Shown here in pieces: positions 53,643 to 64,000 of a stretch of 64,000 nt of DNA (position 1 is the stretch's first letter; the number at the start of each line of letters is the position of its first letter). The notes below the pieces were generated by a model that had not been told where the DNA came from, did no database searches, and saw only the letters and a program-made list of their open reading frames with translations. A program made the position numbers and the translations under genes. The stretch is from Laetmonice hystrix (Eukaryota), in NCBI GenBank assembly GCA_965235115.1, contig OZ249436.1, positions 52,578,001-52,642,000 of the forward strand, read 5' to 3'.

Positions 53643-53795
53643 GAGGTGGGACGTCTGATCGCCGCGATCCTTAGAAACGTAGAGAACGCTCGTGTAATCT
53701 GCAGAGAGGGTATACTGCGTCGAAGGTTTTCATAATACATGTACTGTATTTGTAACCCTCACCCAGGCTTCCCGGCTCCATGCTTCCGTTTCCTA
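53643..53795 (+). repeat. Dispersed repeat, copy 1 (copy 2 at 62249-62385)
   Basis: Shared blocks GGAGGTGGGACGTCTGATC, GCAGAGAGGGT..CTGCGTCGA and ACCCAGGCTTCCCGGCTCCATGCTTCCGTTTC. Confidence 0.85.
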
Positions 53796-53820
53796 TCTAC
53801 AATCTATCCACAATTTAAGC

Positions 53821-53910
53821 GGACGCAACATGGTAAATCCTTGACCTCCAGGACGGAACATGGTAAATCCTTGACCTCCAGGACGGAACATGGTAAATCC
53901 TTGACCTCCA
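53821..53910. repeat. 30-bp tandem repeat, 3 copies
   Basis: Unit GGACGSAACATGGTAAATCCTTGACCTCCA. Confidence 0.95.
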
Positions 53911-54374
53911 CAGAGCCAATGGCGCCGAGCAGGAGATAAGTTTGCAGGGTGGACCTTTTGATTATTGACCTTCTCCGGGAAGGACCTTTTATGGCTTTGG
54001 GTGGTAATGTGTCAGGCAGTTTTTGACTGCCTTGCTTGTTTCGTGTTGATTGTTTAGGAGAGTTATATTAGTCAGTGATATTTACGAATATAATCAGTAC
54101 CATACCAGGGCTCCATCGATCTCCAAGAAATCCACGCTAGCGGGTGGGCAGGCCAGGGGGCAGGCCACGGGCACCCTTCCGCCAGAAGTCGCTTCTGCTG
54201 AAACCAACCTCTTCTGGTTGTGTACTGTTGGATAGCCCGGGACTACCGTCAGTGTCAAGATGGCCTCAAATGGAAATAGCTAGTAAGTCACATTAGACTT
54301 TCTGAGAAAATGGAGAAAAACACATCCAATCCTTGAGTATTTGGAAGCTCTTGCCATTCACTTTTATACCGTTT

Positions 54375-54530
54375 GTGGGTTTGTGGGTGGGTATTTGGGG
54401 GGTTATGCCTTCCAACAGCCAGGGTCATACCACGGCGGGGAAGATGATGATGAAAGTCAGGTCTTGGTGGAGGAAACCGGAGTACCCGGAGAAACCACCG
54501 ACCTTCGGGAACTGACTGTCTGAAACCTTT
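54375..54530 (-). mobile_element. SINE 3' half
   Basis: GGAGGAAACCGGAGTACCCGGAGAAACCACCGACCTT is the reverse complement of a widespread SINE2 core. Its tail matches 55527-55570 in the opposite orientation. Confidence 0.7.
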
Positions 54531-55412
54531 TACAAATTTATAAACTCCAGTGGAGTTACCCGATTCCATTATTGAGATTGGTCCTCTATAAAACAATACT
54601 TGGCGGAGTTATCCTCAGAAAGCAAGGGATTGCAGGCGTGTAGGGTGAAAGTGATCCATTACTAGAGCTCTTATAGCCGGGTATCCACTAAGGCGACGCT
54701 TGGCACAATCTTACCATGCAGTGATGGTTTGTTACTGTAATGCAGAAAATCTATACCATCTAATCGCCATGTTGATGTAATGACAGCATAACGGTAGATA
54801 GATGTACGATATCATCTGACTGCATTAACAACCACCTGTTAAAAAATTAAAACATTTCGGTATTTTTTTCATGTTGCCGTCGGACCGTCTCTTGGCCAAG
54901 CGACGTCGCCAAGTGATGGCCGACATGGCGACCATTTTTGTTTTCCAAAGCCGACAGAGTGTGGCAGAGTGTCGGTCATGTGTCGCGACAGGGTGTGGCA
55001 GAGTGTCGGTCATGTGTCGCCGCGATGTTAAAATCGCCGTAGTGGAAACAGACCTTAATATTTAACTGTTTGAATCCATTGCCGTGCATCCATCGCACGA
55101 TGATATTCCGTTGCAGGAAATATGCGATAGTGGTATACGATAGTTTTTTTTCCACTAAAAAGATATTTGGCTTATCGCGTTGCACGATCGCCTTTTTATT
55201 GATGCATACCAACCAATGTATCTCTTATCACTGCCGCAAATTTGAGAATTATAGAGTATTTCGAAATAATTATGAAAAAACGTCTCGGAATTTGACCATG
55301 TCTGCCCCTCAAGAACCCGCCAGGAGACCAGGGAGACCGGAAATATCCTGCCGATAATTTAGTCGAGGTTCAACGGAAATACAGTATACTTTCGATGTAT
55401 CTAAATCGCTCT

Positions 55413-55572
55413 TGGCTAGGTGGTCCAGTGGTCTAAACCTCCGAGTTCGAATCCCACTCGAGCCGGACCTGTCAGTTATTTGGTGGTCTTCCCAGAAATA
55501 CTCCACCAGTAAAACTGACCGCCCTGTTATGGCCCTGGCTGTTCCGAAGGTGTAACACCCCCAATCCAAATC
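55413..55572 (+). mobile_element. Internally deleted tRNA-derived SINE
   Basis: A-box TGGTCCAGTGG (55421), B-box GAGTTCGAATCC (55443), tail TATGGCCCTGGCTGTTCCGAAGGTGTAAC shared with 54400-54430. Confidence 0.7.
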
Positions 55573-56096
55573 ATAGGCATAGTGTTATCTTTATTGTGCT
55601 GACCATAGAAAAAACTCATTTCTGTCCCCACATCAAAACTGGACTATATACCCATGCAAGAATACGTTAGCGCCGCGCGGTTGGTTATTCAAACTCCCTA
55701 CTAACACCGATTGCTGCACGCAAACAGCGCTATTTCCCTAGGTATCATCAATGGATTGCTTTGTGGGATTATGTGCAAACTTAGATGATGAACCTCCATC
55801 ACGGCTCATCTACAACCACGGTCTATCACCGCCCACTGGGGCCGTCGTTTACCGAATTGTTTATAGCCTCTTCCCCGACCTGGCCTCATGCTACAGGATG
55901 TCACGCAATGCGACAGGAAGACGGTCATCAGCGGTCTATAGGCCGTATAGCATCTCCGACGAAAGATTAACCTTTCCATGAGTGTGTTCTGGCGCCGAGT
56001 GACTTTAGAAACTGTTTGGATGGCCGGTCTCCCGGTGAGTATTAACATTTAAACCCCACTTTCGATATCGGGGTCAGCGTGCTCATTGAAGGAGGA

Positions 56097-56948
56097 TTGT
56101 CCTCAAACTCTCAGTGGTAGGATAGTACTGTATAGTCTTCCAAAGGGTGACCGGTTTGTGAGGATGTAAACTGTCCTCCAACTCTCAGTGGTAGGATAGT
56201 GTTGTATAGTCTTCCAAAGGGTCACCGGTTTGTGAGGATGTAAACTGTCCTCCAACTCTCACTGGTAGGATAGTATTGTAAAGTCTTCCAAAGGGTCACC
56301 GGTTCGTAAACTGTCCTCCAACTCTCATTGGGAGGATAGTATTGTAAAGTCTTCCAAAGGGTCGCCGGTTCGTAAACTGTCCTCCAACTCTCAGTGGTAG
56401 GATAGTATTGTATAGTCTTCCAAAGGGTCACCGGTTTGTGAGGATGTAAACTGTCCTCCAACTCTCAGTGGTAGGATAGTATTGTATAGTCTTCCAAAGG
56501 GTCACCGGTTCGTAAACTGTCCTCCAACTCTCAGTGGTAGGATAGTATTGTATAGTCTTCCAACGGGTCACCGGTTCGTGAGGATGTAAACTGTCCTCCA
56601 ACTCTCAGTGGGAGGATAGTATTGTATAGTCTTCCAAAGGGTCACCGGTTCGTAAACTGTCCTCCAACTCTCAGTGGGAGGATAGTATTGTAAAGTCTTC
56701 CAAAGGGTCACCGGTTCGTAAACTGTCCTCCAACTCTCAGTGGTAGGATAGTATTGTATAGTCGTCCAAAGGGTCACCGGTTCGTGAGGATGTAAACTGT
56801 CCTCCAACTCTCAGTGGTAGGATAGTATTGTATAGTTTTCCAAAGGGTCGCCGGTTCGTAAACTGTCCTCAAACTCTCAGTGGTAGGATAGTATTGTATA
56901 GTCTTCCAAAGGGTCACCGATTCGTGAGGATGTAAACTGTCCTCCAAT
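56097..56948. repeat. 74/66-bp minisatellite, 12 units
   Basis: Unit CTGTCCTCCAACTCTCAGTGGTAGGATAGTATTGTATAGTCTTCCAAAGGGTCACCGGTTYG[TGAGGATG]TAAA. Confidence 0.98.
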
Positions 56949-56966
56949 TCGCCCGAATGTAGTATG

Positions 56967-57389
56967 GCCAACCAAGGCTAGGTTATAGACTCTACTCCGT
57001 ATTACGTAAGCAAACATGGGGTAACTGTAATTAGTATAGTAGCACAGTTCCAGTAACAATGCCGCTTTCTGGTACTCGGTGACATCACACCAAACGGGTA
57101 GGATGGACCATCCTATTGTAGTATTCGTCGCGCCATCTGTCGGTCAAACAGGTCATTTTTCTATTCTACCGTTTTGGCTGCAGCGCCCTTTTCCCGGTGC
57201 CTCGTTTTCATGTTGGCGTAGATCTATGTAAACACAGCGCGATGGCAGTGAATGACTGCAAAACTTCTAAAAGGCGTTTTGCCGAATTCTGTGACCACGT
57301 CTAATGTGAGGATTGGAACTGTGATAAAATTGTTTCCCCATGTTTGCTTTTACGAAGTACGGAGTATATATAACCTAGCCTTGGTTGGC
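56967..57389. mobile_element. MITE-like element with ~80-bp imperfect TIRs
   Basis: GCCAACCAAGGCTAGGTTATA ... TATAACCTAGCCTTGGTTGGC (21 bp perfect). Pairing continues imperfectly via TACTCCGTA, GCAAACATGGGG and CACAGTTCCA. Confidence 0.8.
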
Positions 57390-58433
57390 ACCATCAGTAG
57401 GCCTATCTATATATGTTTATAGCTTAATTGCTTACTTTCTCACTGTATACATCAATTTACCAAGGAGGCTTCTTGCCATCCACTGCAGGTGCTCTGGGCG
57501 TTGAGGTTTTAGTACTCTATAGGCCTAGCTAAAAACAGTACAGCTAAAAAGTTTTAGCCATATCCCTGGCCTGAGCCAAGCGTAGCCAAGTTTTTGTCTG
57601 ACTCAACCCTGCTTATATCGAACCCTTGCCGACCCGAGCGAACGCTTCATTCCTGTAAGATTGAACATGTTTGTGAAGCCATAAGCGGAAAAACCAAGTC
57701 GATGCCATAGCACGGTTTTATATCCAGCTGTCTCCTTTTGTTGGTGCTGGGTACCAAGTCGGTCTGGGTTCATAATCGACCGGGAGGCCTCTCCCACGGG
57801 ACGGGCTAATGTAGTCCTGGGTATTGTCCAGTCTTCATGGCACGTTGGTGGAGAGAGAGGGGGTGTGTCCGCCATACAAGATGGACCGCAGTTATTCTCC
57901 ACTGGTACGTCATCTTTTGTAGTCACTGCAGCAGTGAAAGAAGACAGTTACCTCACCGTTCTTCACCTCCTCCTACGCTTCTGGTCCATGGTACGCCCTC
58001 CCGAACACCGAAAAAACTCTAGAACTATGATCCAATCCCCATATAGGACGAGCTTCTCCCGCGCCGCGCAGCGCCGAGAAAAAGTATTCAATAATTCTCT
58101 TACAATCTCTGACAACAAACTTTTTAACTGGAAGCAAATTATAAGATAAGCAATGTTCATAAACCCAGACGATGCCGATAACATGTTTCGAGCAAAGAGC
58201 AAGTAAAAAATCGAATACTGCGCCAATGCCTCTTACGGCTCCGTAAACCATGAAACTCGTACCTTGCTCAATTTCAGTGACGCTGATAAACAGTGTCTGA
58301 AACCCTTTTTACCATTTGCTTGAACAATGTTAGGCCTAATATACAAGCGCACAAACTCAGCTAGAGCAGTCAGTGGCAGAATTCTGCCATGTAGCGGAGA
58401 GGCAGGCGTATATGGTTCGTCTTGCCAACTGCT

Positions 58434-58603
58434 GCAGATTCTACTGGGGGCATACCGTTGGCAGGCCAAGGTATAGCAGATTCTACTGGGGGCATACCGT
58501 TGGCAAGCCAAGGTATAGCAGATTCTACTGGGGGCATACCGTTGGCAAGCCAAGGTATAGCAGATTCTACTGGGGGCATACCGTTGGCAAGCCAAGGTAT
58601 AGC
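58434..58603. repeat. 42-bp tandem repeat, 4 copies
   Basis: Unit GCAGATTCTACTGGGGGCATACCGTTGGCARGCCAAGGTATA. Confidence 0.97.
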
Positions 58604-58745
58604 CACAGTGTATTGCTGGTTCCGATAGCGTGGAATAATGTTTTCATTAAGATACTAAATATGTGCCTCGTTCAACGTTGATATCAGGTTCCTAGAGATT
58701 TTCACAGCAGTGCAATCATCATCAGTTTCCCGGTTCACAGCAGAA

Positions 58746-59178
58746 TCTGTCACTGCATGGTCAGGTGTTGATATTCTCCCATTCGACGACGTACATTGTG
58801 TACTTTTGTCTGTCACTGCATGGTCAGGTGTTGGTATTCTCCCATTCGACGACGTACATTGTGTACGTCTGTCACTGCATGGTCAGGTGTTGATATTCTC
58901 CCATTCGACGACGTACATTGTGTACTTTTGTCTGTCACTGCATGGTCAGGTGTTGATATTCTCCCATTCGACGACGTACATTGTGTACTTTTGTCTGTCA
59001 CTGCATGGTCAGGTGTTGATATTCTCCCATTCGACGACGTACATTGTGTACTTTTGTCTGTCACTGCATGGTCAGGTGTTGATATTCTCCCATTCGACGA
59101 CGTACATTTTGTACGTCTGTCACTGCATGGTCAGGTGTTGATATTCTCCCATTCGACGACGTACATTGTGTACTTTTG
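58746..59178. repeat. 63/59-bp minisatellite, 7 copies
   Basis: Unit TCTGTCACTGCATGGTCAGGTGTTGATATTCTCCCATTCGACGACGTACATTGTGTAC[TTTT]G. Confidence 0.98.
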
Positions 59179-60162
59179 TTTTTCATTTTCAGTCGGATGT
59201 TTATTAATTTGCTTCGTGTTATTTCCATTTTGCCTTCTTCTTGTTTAAATGACATAAGCCTACTTTGATTGAAACCGTACATAAACTGTAAAGCAAGCAA
59301 AGTGGAATATCGCCTGTACGTATCATGGGAGAGGGCATGCTGTCTGGCATCTCATTGCCCCCGCAGGCTGTACATTTTATTTGGTTGTGTGAACTCCTGA
59401 TGTGTTACTGACGCGCCTTGACTGGGCTATTTCCCATACACTGACAACCCCCAAAGTTCCATCAACTATCTATGTAGCCCGTTGACGAGAGATAACTTCT
59501 GTGGTGGTATACCATACTCCCGCTGATTCCATGTTGAAGCGAAAACAGCCGACAACACGTCGCCCAGTGGCAGTCAATATAGAGCTCAGCTATTACATTT
59601 ATTACGAGAATGAAGGTCGGCAACCCTTGGTCACAGCAGCCCCCAGAACACGCCCCCTCCAGCCTCAAAACAACCTCGTTCGTGCCGACCTGCTCATGTC
59701 CACAGCTCCGAAATTTGTTCATTATGTACATGCGGATCGCTTCTCGGCCCAGTCGATGGTGTTATGATAAGCTGCTGATGGGACCTTTATCTCATTACCC
59801 TCGAGGGCTGCGTCTAGGGTCGGCCTCAAGGTGCACGGAATATGTTCTACGGTGGTAAAATGTCGCTTTGGTCAGTGAAGCAGATGGCGCCGTGCATTGA
59901 TAATATCTGATAGTCCCTGCTGCCTGCGGCGTAATGCTTTAAACAGCCGTAGATTGTGAGGAAGAAGAAGGTGTAAGGTTGACAGGGCAACCATCCAGAA
60001 TCAACCAGAGGTGATTTCCTGATTAATATTGATGACGGCCATGTTGTATCAAAACAAGGGCGTGTAACAGAAACATTGCCCGGCATAAAGGATCATCGCC
60101 AAAGTTCCTTAAAGTAGAAGCCTTACTTGTCAGAATTTATCATATTTGTTCAATACCTCGTC

Positions 60163-60390
60163 TACGGAAGCGTATTGCTGCCACATGAAGAAAAAAAATT
60201 ATTGTTTGTACGACTTAGTAAGTCGTACGTACGACTTAGTATCTCGTACGTACGACTTAGTATCTCGTACGTACGACTTAGTAAGTCGTACGTACGACTT
60301 AGATCTCGTACGTACGACTTAGTAAGTAGTACGTACGACTTAGTATCTCGTACGTACGACTTACTAAGTCGTACGTACGACTTAGTAAGT
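60163..60390 (+). mobile_element. Extra truncated terminus of the foldback element at 60431
   Basis: Same TACGGAAGCGTATTGCTGCCACATGAAGAAAAAAA end followed by about 9 copies of the 21-bp palindromic unit. Confidence 0.9.
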
Positions 60391-60647
60391 CCGAGGGGGC
60401 CGACTGTGCTGAGGCGGCCCGAGGCCGTATTACGGAAGCGTATTGCTGCCACATGAAGAAAAAAAATATTGTTTGTACGACTTAGTAAGTCGTACGTACG
60501 ACTTAGTAAGTCGTACGTACGACTTAGTAAGTCGTACGTACGACTTAGTATCTCGTACGTACGACTTACTAAGTCGTACGTACGACTTAGTATCTCGTAC
60601 GTACGACTTAAGAACGCATGCGCACGTCACTCGCACTGCTCATCAAC

Positions 60648-60781
60648 ATGGCAGCGAATGAGGCAGTCTGCCTTCATTTTACAATGGTCCTCAATAGCAC
60701 GCTGACATTTTAGAATGTCTTGCCCATATTAATGGAATTGTTGTCAGTTTGAGAACATTGCGGACATGTTTACGCAGATAC
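60648..60781 (+). pseudogene. Decayed transposase N-terminus (IS3EU-like, Clr5-like helical domain), left arm
   Basis: AACATGGCA start. With one 2-nt frameshift near 60695 it reads MAANEAVCLHFTMVL/HADILECLAHINGIVVSLRTLRTCLRRY, fitting the pattern F..GL...DIL..L...HGI.IS.RTL.R.LR. Confidence 0.6.
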
Positions 60782-61788
60782 GTTGCAAGTGTCTGTTCAT
60801 CCATGAAGGGAATTGTTTCAGCATTAACCTGAAACATATGCAAAATAAATAAATAAAATAAATAAGAATACTGTCAGCCCTCACCAAGAGAGGGAGGGCG
60901 CGAGGAAGGGAGGGGGACAGAGGGGGAGCGCAAAAGATATTTATAAAAAATATACAGAGACTAGAGAGAGGGGGAGAGCGGAGAGAATTAGAGATGGAGA
61001 GAGAGTAGAGCGAGGGAAATAGAGACAGAGAGGGGGTGAGGGGCCCGCTCATGGGAGCGAGGGAGTGAGATTGGAGTGAAAGAGAAATAGAGATGGAGAG
61101 AGAGGGGAGAGAGGGAGGGTGTAGAGTGAGAGCGGGAGGGGTATGGTGAGAGAGGGAGGGGGTACAGTGAGAGAGTGAGGGAGGGATAATCTTTATAATT
61201 CCTTCTTTCCTTTTTTTTCCAATCTTCCATTCTTTCTTCCATTCTTCCTTCCTTCCTTTCCTCCTACCTTCAAGCTTCACCCTCCTCCATGATTCTCTCA
61301 CTACTACCTGTCCCCTCCCTCCCTCTCCCTCCCTTTCTCCCTCACTCTGTTCCCTCCATCCCTCACTCACTCTACCCCCTCCCTCGCCCCCTCTCTCATC
61401 CCCTTTCTCCCTCTACACCCTCCCTCCCTCTCGCTAGACACTCCCTCCCTCACTCTCTCACTGTACCCCCTCCCTCTCTCACCCTACCCCTCCCGCTCTC
61501 ACTCTACACCCTCCCTCTCTCCCCTCTCTCTCCATCTCTATTTCTCTTTCACTCCAATCTCACTCCCTCGCTCCCATGAGCGGGCCCCTCACCCCCTCTC
61601 TGTCTCTATTTCCCTCGCTCTACTCTCTCTCCATCTCTAATTCTCTCCGCTCTCCCCCTCTCTCTAGTCTCTGTATATTTTTTATAAATATCTTTTGCGC
61701 TCCCCCTCTGTCCCCCTCCCTTCCTCGCGCCCTCCCTCTCTTGGTGAGGGCTGACAGTATTCTTATTTATATTTTGCATATGTTTCAG

Positions 61789-61863
61789 GTTAATGCTGAA
61801 ACAATTCCCTTCATGGATGAACAGACACTTGCAACGTATCTGCCAGTACTGGGCGGTGCGTGA
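61789..61863 (+). pseudogene. Exon remnant of a second, convergent transposon gene (SAM-like helical motif)
   Basis: Good acceptor ATTTTGCATATGTTTCAG| followed by VNAETIPFMDEQTLATYLPVLG. The mirror copy lies on the minus strand at ~60775-60828. Confidence 0.45.
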
Positions 61864-61985
61864 ACATGTCCGCAATGTTCTCAAACTGATAACAATTCCA
61901 TTGATATGGGCAAGACATTCCAAAATGTCAGCGTGCTATTGAGGACCATTGTAAAATGAAGGCAGACTGCCTCATTCGCTGCCAT
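61860..61985 (-). pseudogene. Mirror copy of the decayed transposase N-terminus, right arm
   Basis: MAANEAVCLHFTMVL/HADILECLAHINGIVISLRTLRTCSR, with the same frameshift as the left arm. Confidence 0.6.
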
Positions 61986-62248
61986 GTTGATGAGCAGTGC
62001 GAGTGACGTGCGCATGCGTTCTTAAGTCGTACGTACGAGATACTAAGTCGTACGTACGACTTAGTAAGTCGTACGTACGAGATACTAAGTCGTACGTACG
62101 ACTTACTAAGTCGTACGTACGAGATACGAAGTCGTACGTACGACTTACTAAGTCGTACGTACGACTTACTAAGTCGTACGTACGACTTACTAAGTCGTAC
62201 AAACAATTTTTTTTTCTTCATGTGGCAGCAATACGCTTCCGTAGTAAA

Positions 62249-62385
62249 GGGAGGTGGGACGTCTGATCACCACGATCCTTCCAAAGGTAGTCGTGTAGTC
62301 GGCAGAGAGGGTGCTGCGTCGACGGCGTTTCGTATTTATATCCCTTACCCAGGCTTCCCGGCTCCATGCTTCCGTTTCTTTCCTC
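62249..62385 (+). repeat. Dispersed repeat, copy 2 (copy 1 at 53643)
   Basis: Collinear identity blocks with 53643-53795. It lies immediately next to the right end of the foldback element. Confidence 0.85.
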
Positions 62386-64000
62386 ATGATATAACGTGAG
62401 ATCCTGCCCGAGAACCAACATGGAGACCGGAAGAATCGACAGGAGCCTCGTACGCTTTACTATAACATAGATCTACTTAAGGTATTGTATACACATAGTG
62501 ATATCAGGAAGCAGTTAAAATCATCGTTTTGCCTACAGAAAGGTCCCCAATGTGTGGCGTCGAGTCCGTATTTAGTAATTATTCGTACAATTTGGTATAC
62601 AATATAGGTGTATATAGAAAACCCCATTTACGTGAACATCATGTACAGTCCTAAAAAGACGGTTAATTGCAGCACTGTCACAAATCATAACGTCAATAAC
62701 AGAAAACAAGTAATACAGGAATGTATATAAAAACGTCATTCGTATGTTTATGCTAACATTGGACCTTATTTCTGTCTACGTCAAATCAACCCACAACATA
62801 TAAATGTAGACTCTACGTGTAGATTATAACCACCATTCACTTCTGTTTTTCCATATATAAATGAATGATGGGCAGAAGTTGCCGACAGGGCGTAAAGCAG
62901 TCAATCACGAGTACAAATATTTGGAGTATCCTACACATTGTACTTTCCACTGATATCTATTTGTCTCCCCATTACCCCCCCCCCCCCCCCACCACCACCA
63001 CCACCACCCACCCAAAGCCACCTGTCAATCTCGACCTTTTTTTCACGAATCTCTCTAGACCTGACCGGACGGGGCGAGTACGTGGGTGCGTGTGTCTGTG
63101 GGGTGTGTGTGGGGTGGCGCCAGTTGCCCCGCCAGTGGCTGTTGTGTAGGCCTAGGTGGTGGTGATAGCGGATAGTGAAACAGACGCGCCTGGCATGCCA
63201 CCGTTGACTTTGCGTCATGACGTGACGCGCTCCCAGCAGACGACGTCAAAAGCGATCGTTGCGTACGACTCGCGTCATGTTTGTTCTCCTCGCTCGTCGC
63301 AGCGCCCCTATTTCCCCCCAGATCGCCAGCTCCCCCGAAACATTTCACGCATATGTTATCAGTACAACATCATGCGCTCAGCTTAAGCCGGTCAATTTAG
63401 CGACTACGGGAGTTGCATTATTGATGTTGACATGCGCCTGTCAACGATCTGAGTCCGACTCGGGATGTCCACACAGGGCCGTCGTTTACCTGGGACGATC
63501 TATACTGTAGGCCAAGGGCCTACATCAAAACGTCTATTCATCCTTCTTCTATCCGCTTCTACATCGCTTTTCCGTCTCGTTTTCGATTCTGTCGTATGAG
63601 CCTTGGTCGACATTTTATTTCTTGTCAAGTTTGTGTTCCATGTGCATTCATTTACAAGTTTCTCACGGGAGCGGGGAGCTGAGGAAAGCATAAGTTTTCA
63701 ACGAACATTATAGGCAGAATGTCATAAATCAGTATGTCTGCTCATTCTCGTTCTCGTATAGAAAAATGTTAATTAGTAATGCAGGACGATTTAAAGACGT
63801 TGATGGAAAGATGATTAGTGGAATGGACGGGATTTAATGCTGAATCAAATTAACTGGACAATTCCCAGTCAGCATAAAGGCCCTTATCCACAGAAACTTT
63901 GACACGGCCGGCCGATGGTGCATTGCACGATGATCATCGTGTGGGTGTCATGGGAAGCATCGGGCGAAACCCCGTCGTGTGAACCAGCCGATGGTTCGCA

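Larger units (their letters stand above)
60431..62243. mobile_element. ~1.8-kb foldback non-autonomous DNA transposon, probably IS3EU-derived
   Basis: Arms 60431-61186 and 61442-62243 are inverted copies around a 255-bp pyrimidine-rich spacer. Termini are TACGG...CCGTA, with subterminal arrays of GTACGACTTAGTAAGTCGTAC and transposase-like remnants in both arms. The foldback structure is certain; the superfamily assignment is inferred. Confidence 0.85.

Overview
This is eukaryotic, animal-like genomic DNA. A CTCF consensus site, tRNA-derived SINEs with a Nin-like core, a CR1 LINE end and MITEs suggest an invertebrate bilaterian (inferred). The window is essentially non-coding: I could not identify any intact host gene, and most listed ORFs are translations of tandem repeats or microsatellites. 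It contains about 10 minisatellite arrays (the largest is ~3.85 kb of a 56-bp double-hairpin unit), many palindromic non-autonomous DNA transposons, several SINEs and a CR1 3' end. The most informative structures are: (1) a ~1.8-kb foldback element at 60431-62243 with TAC..GTA termini, whose two arms each carry a decayed transposase-like N-terminus fused to a convergent exon of a second gene, which fits an IS3EU derivative; (2) an internally deleted Harbinger-like element with two convergent gene starts; (3) a strong excess of the palindrome TAGGCCTA, with internal comparisons suggesting TA-anchored micro-insertions. I found no convincing evidence for a wholly new biological system. Three low-confidence candidate exons are listed for checking.
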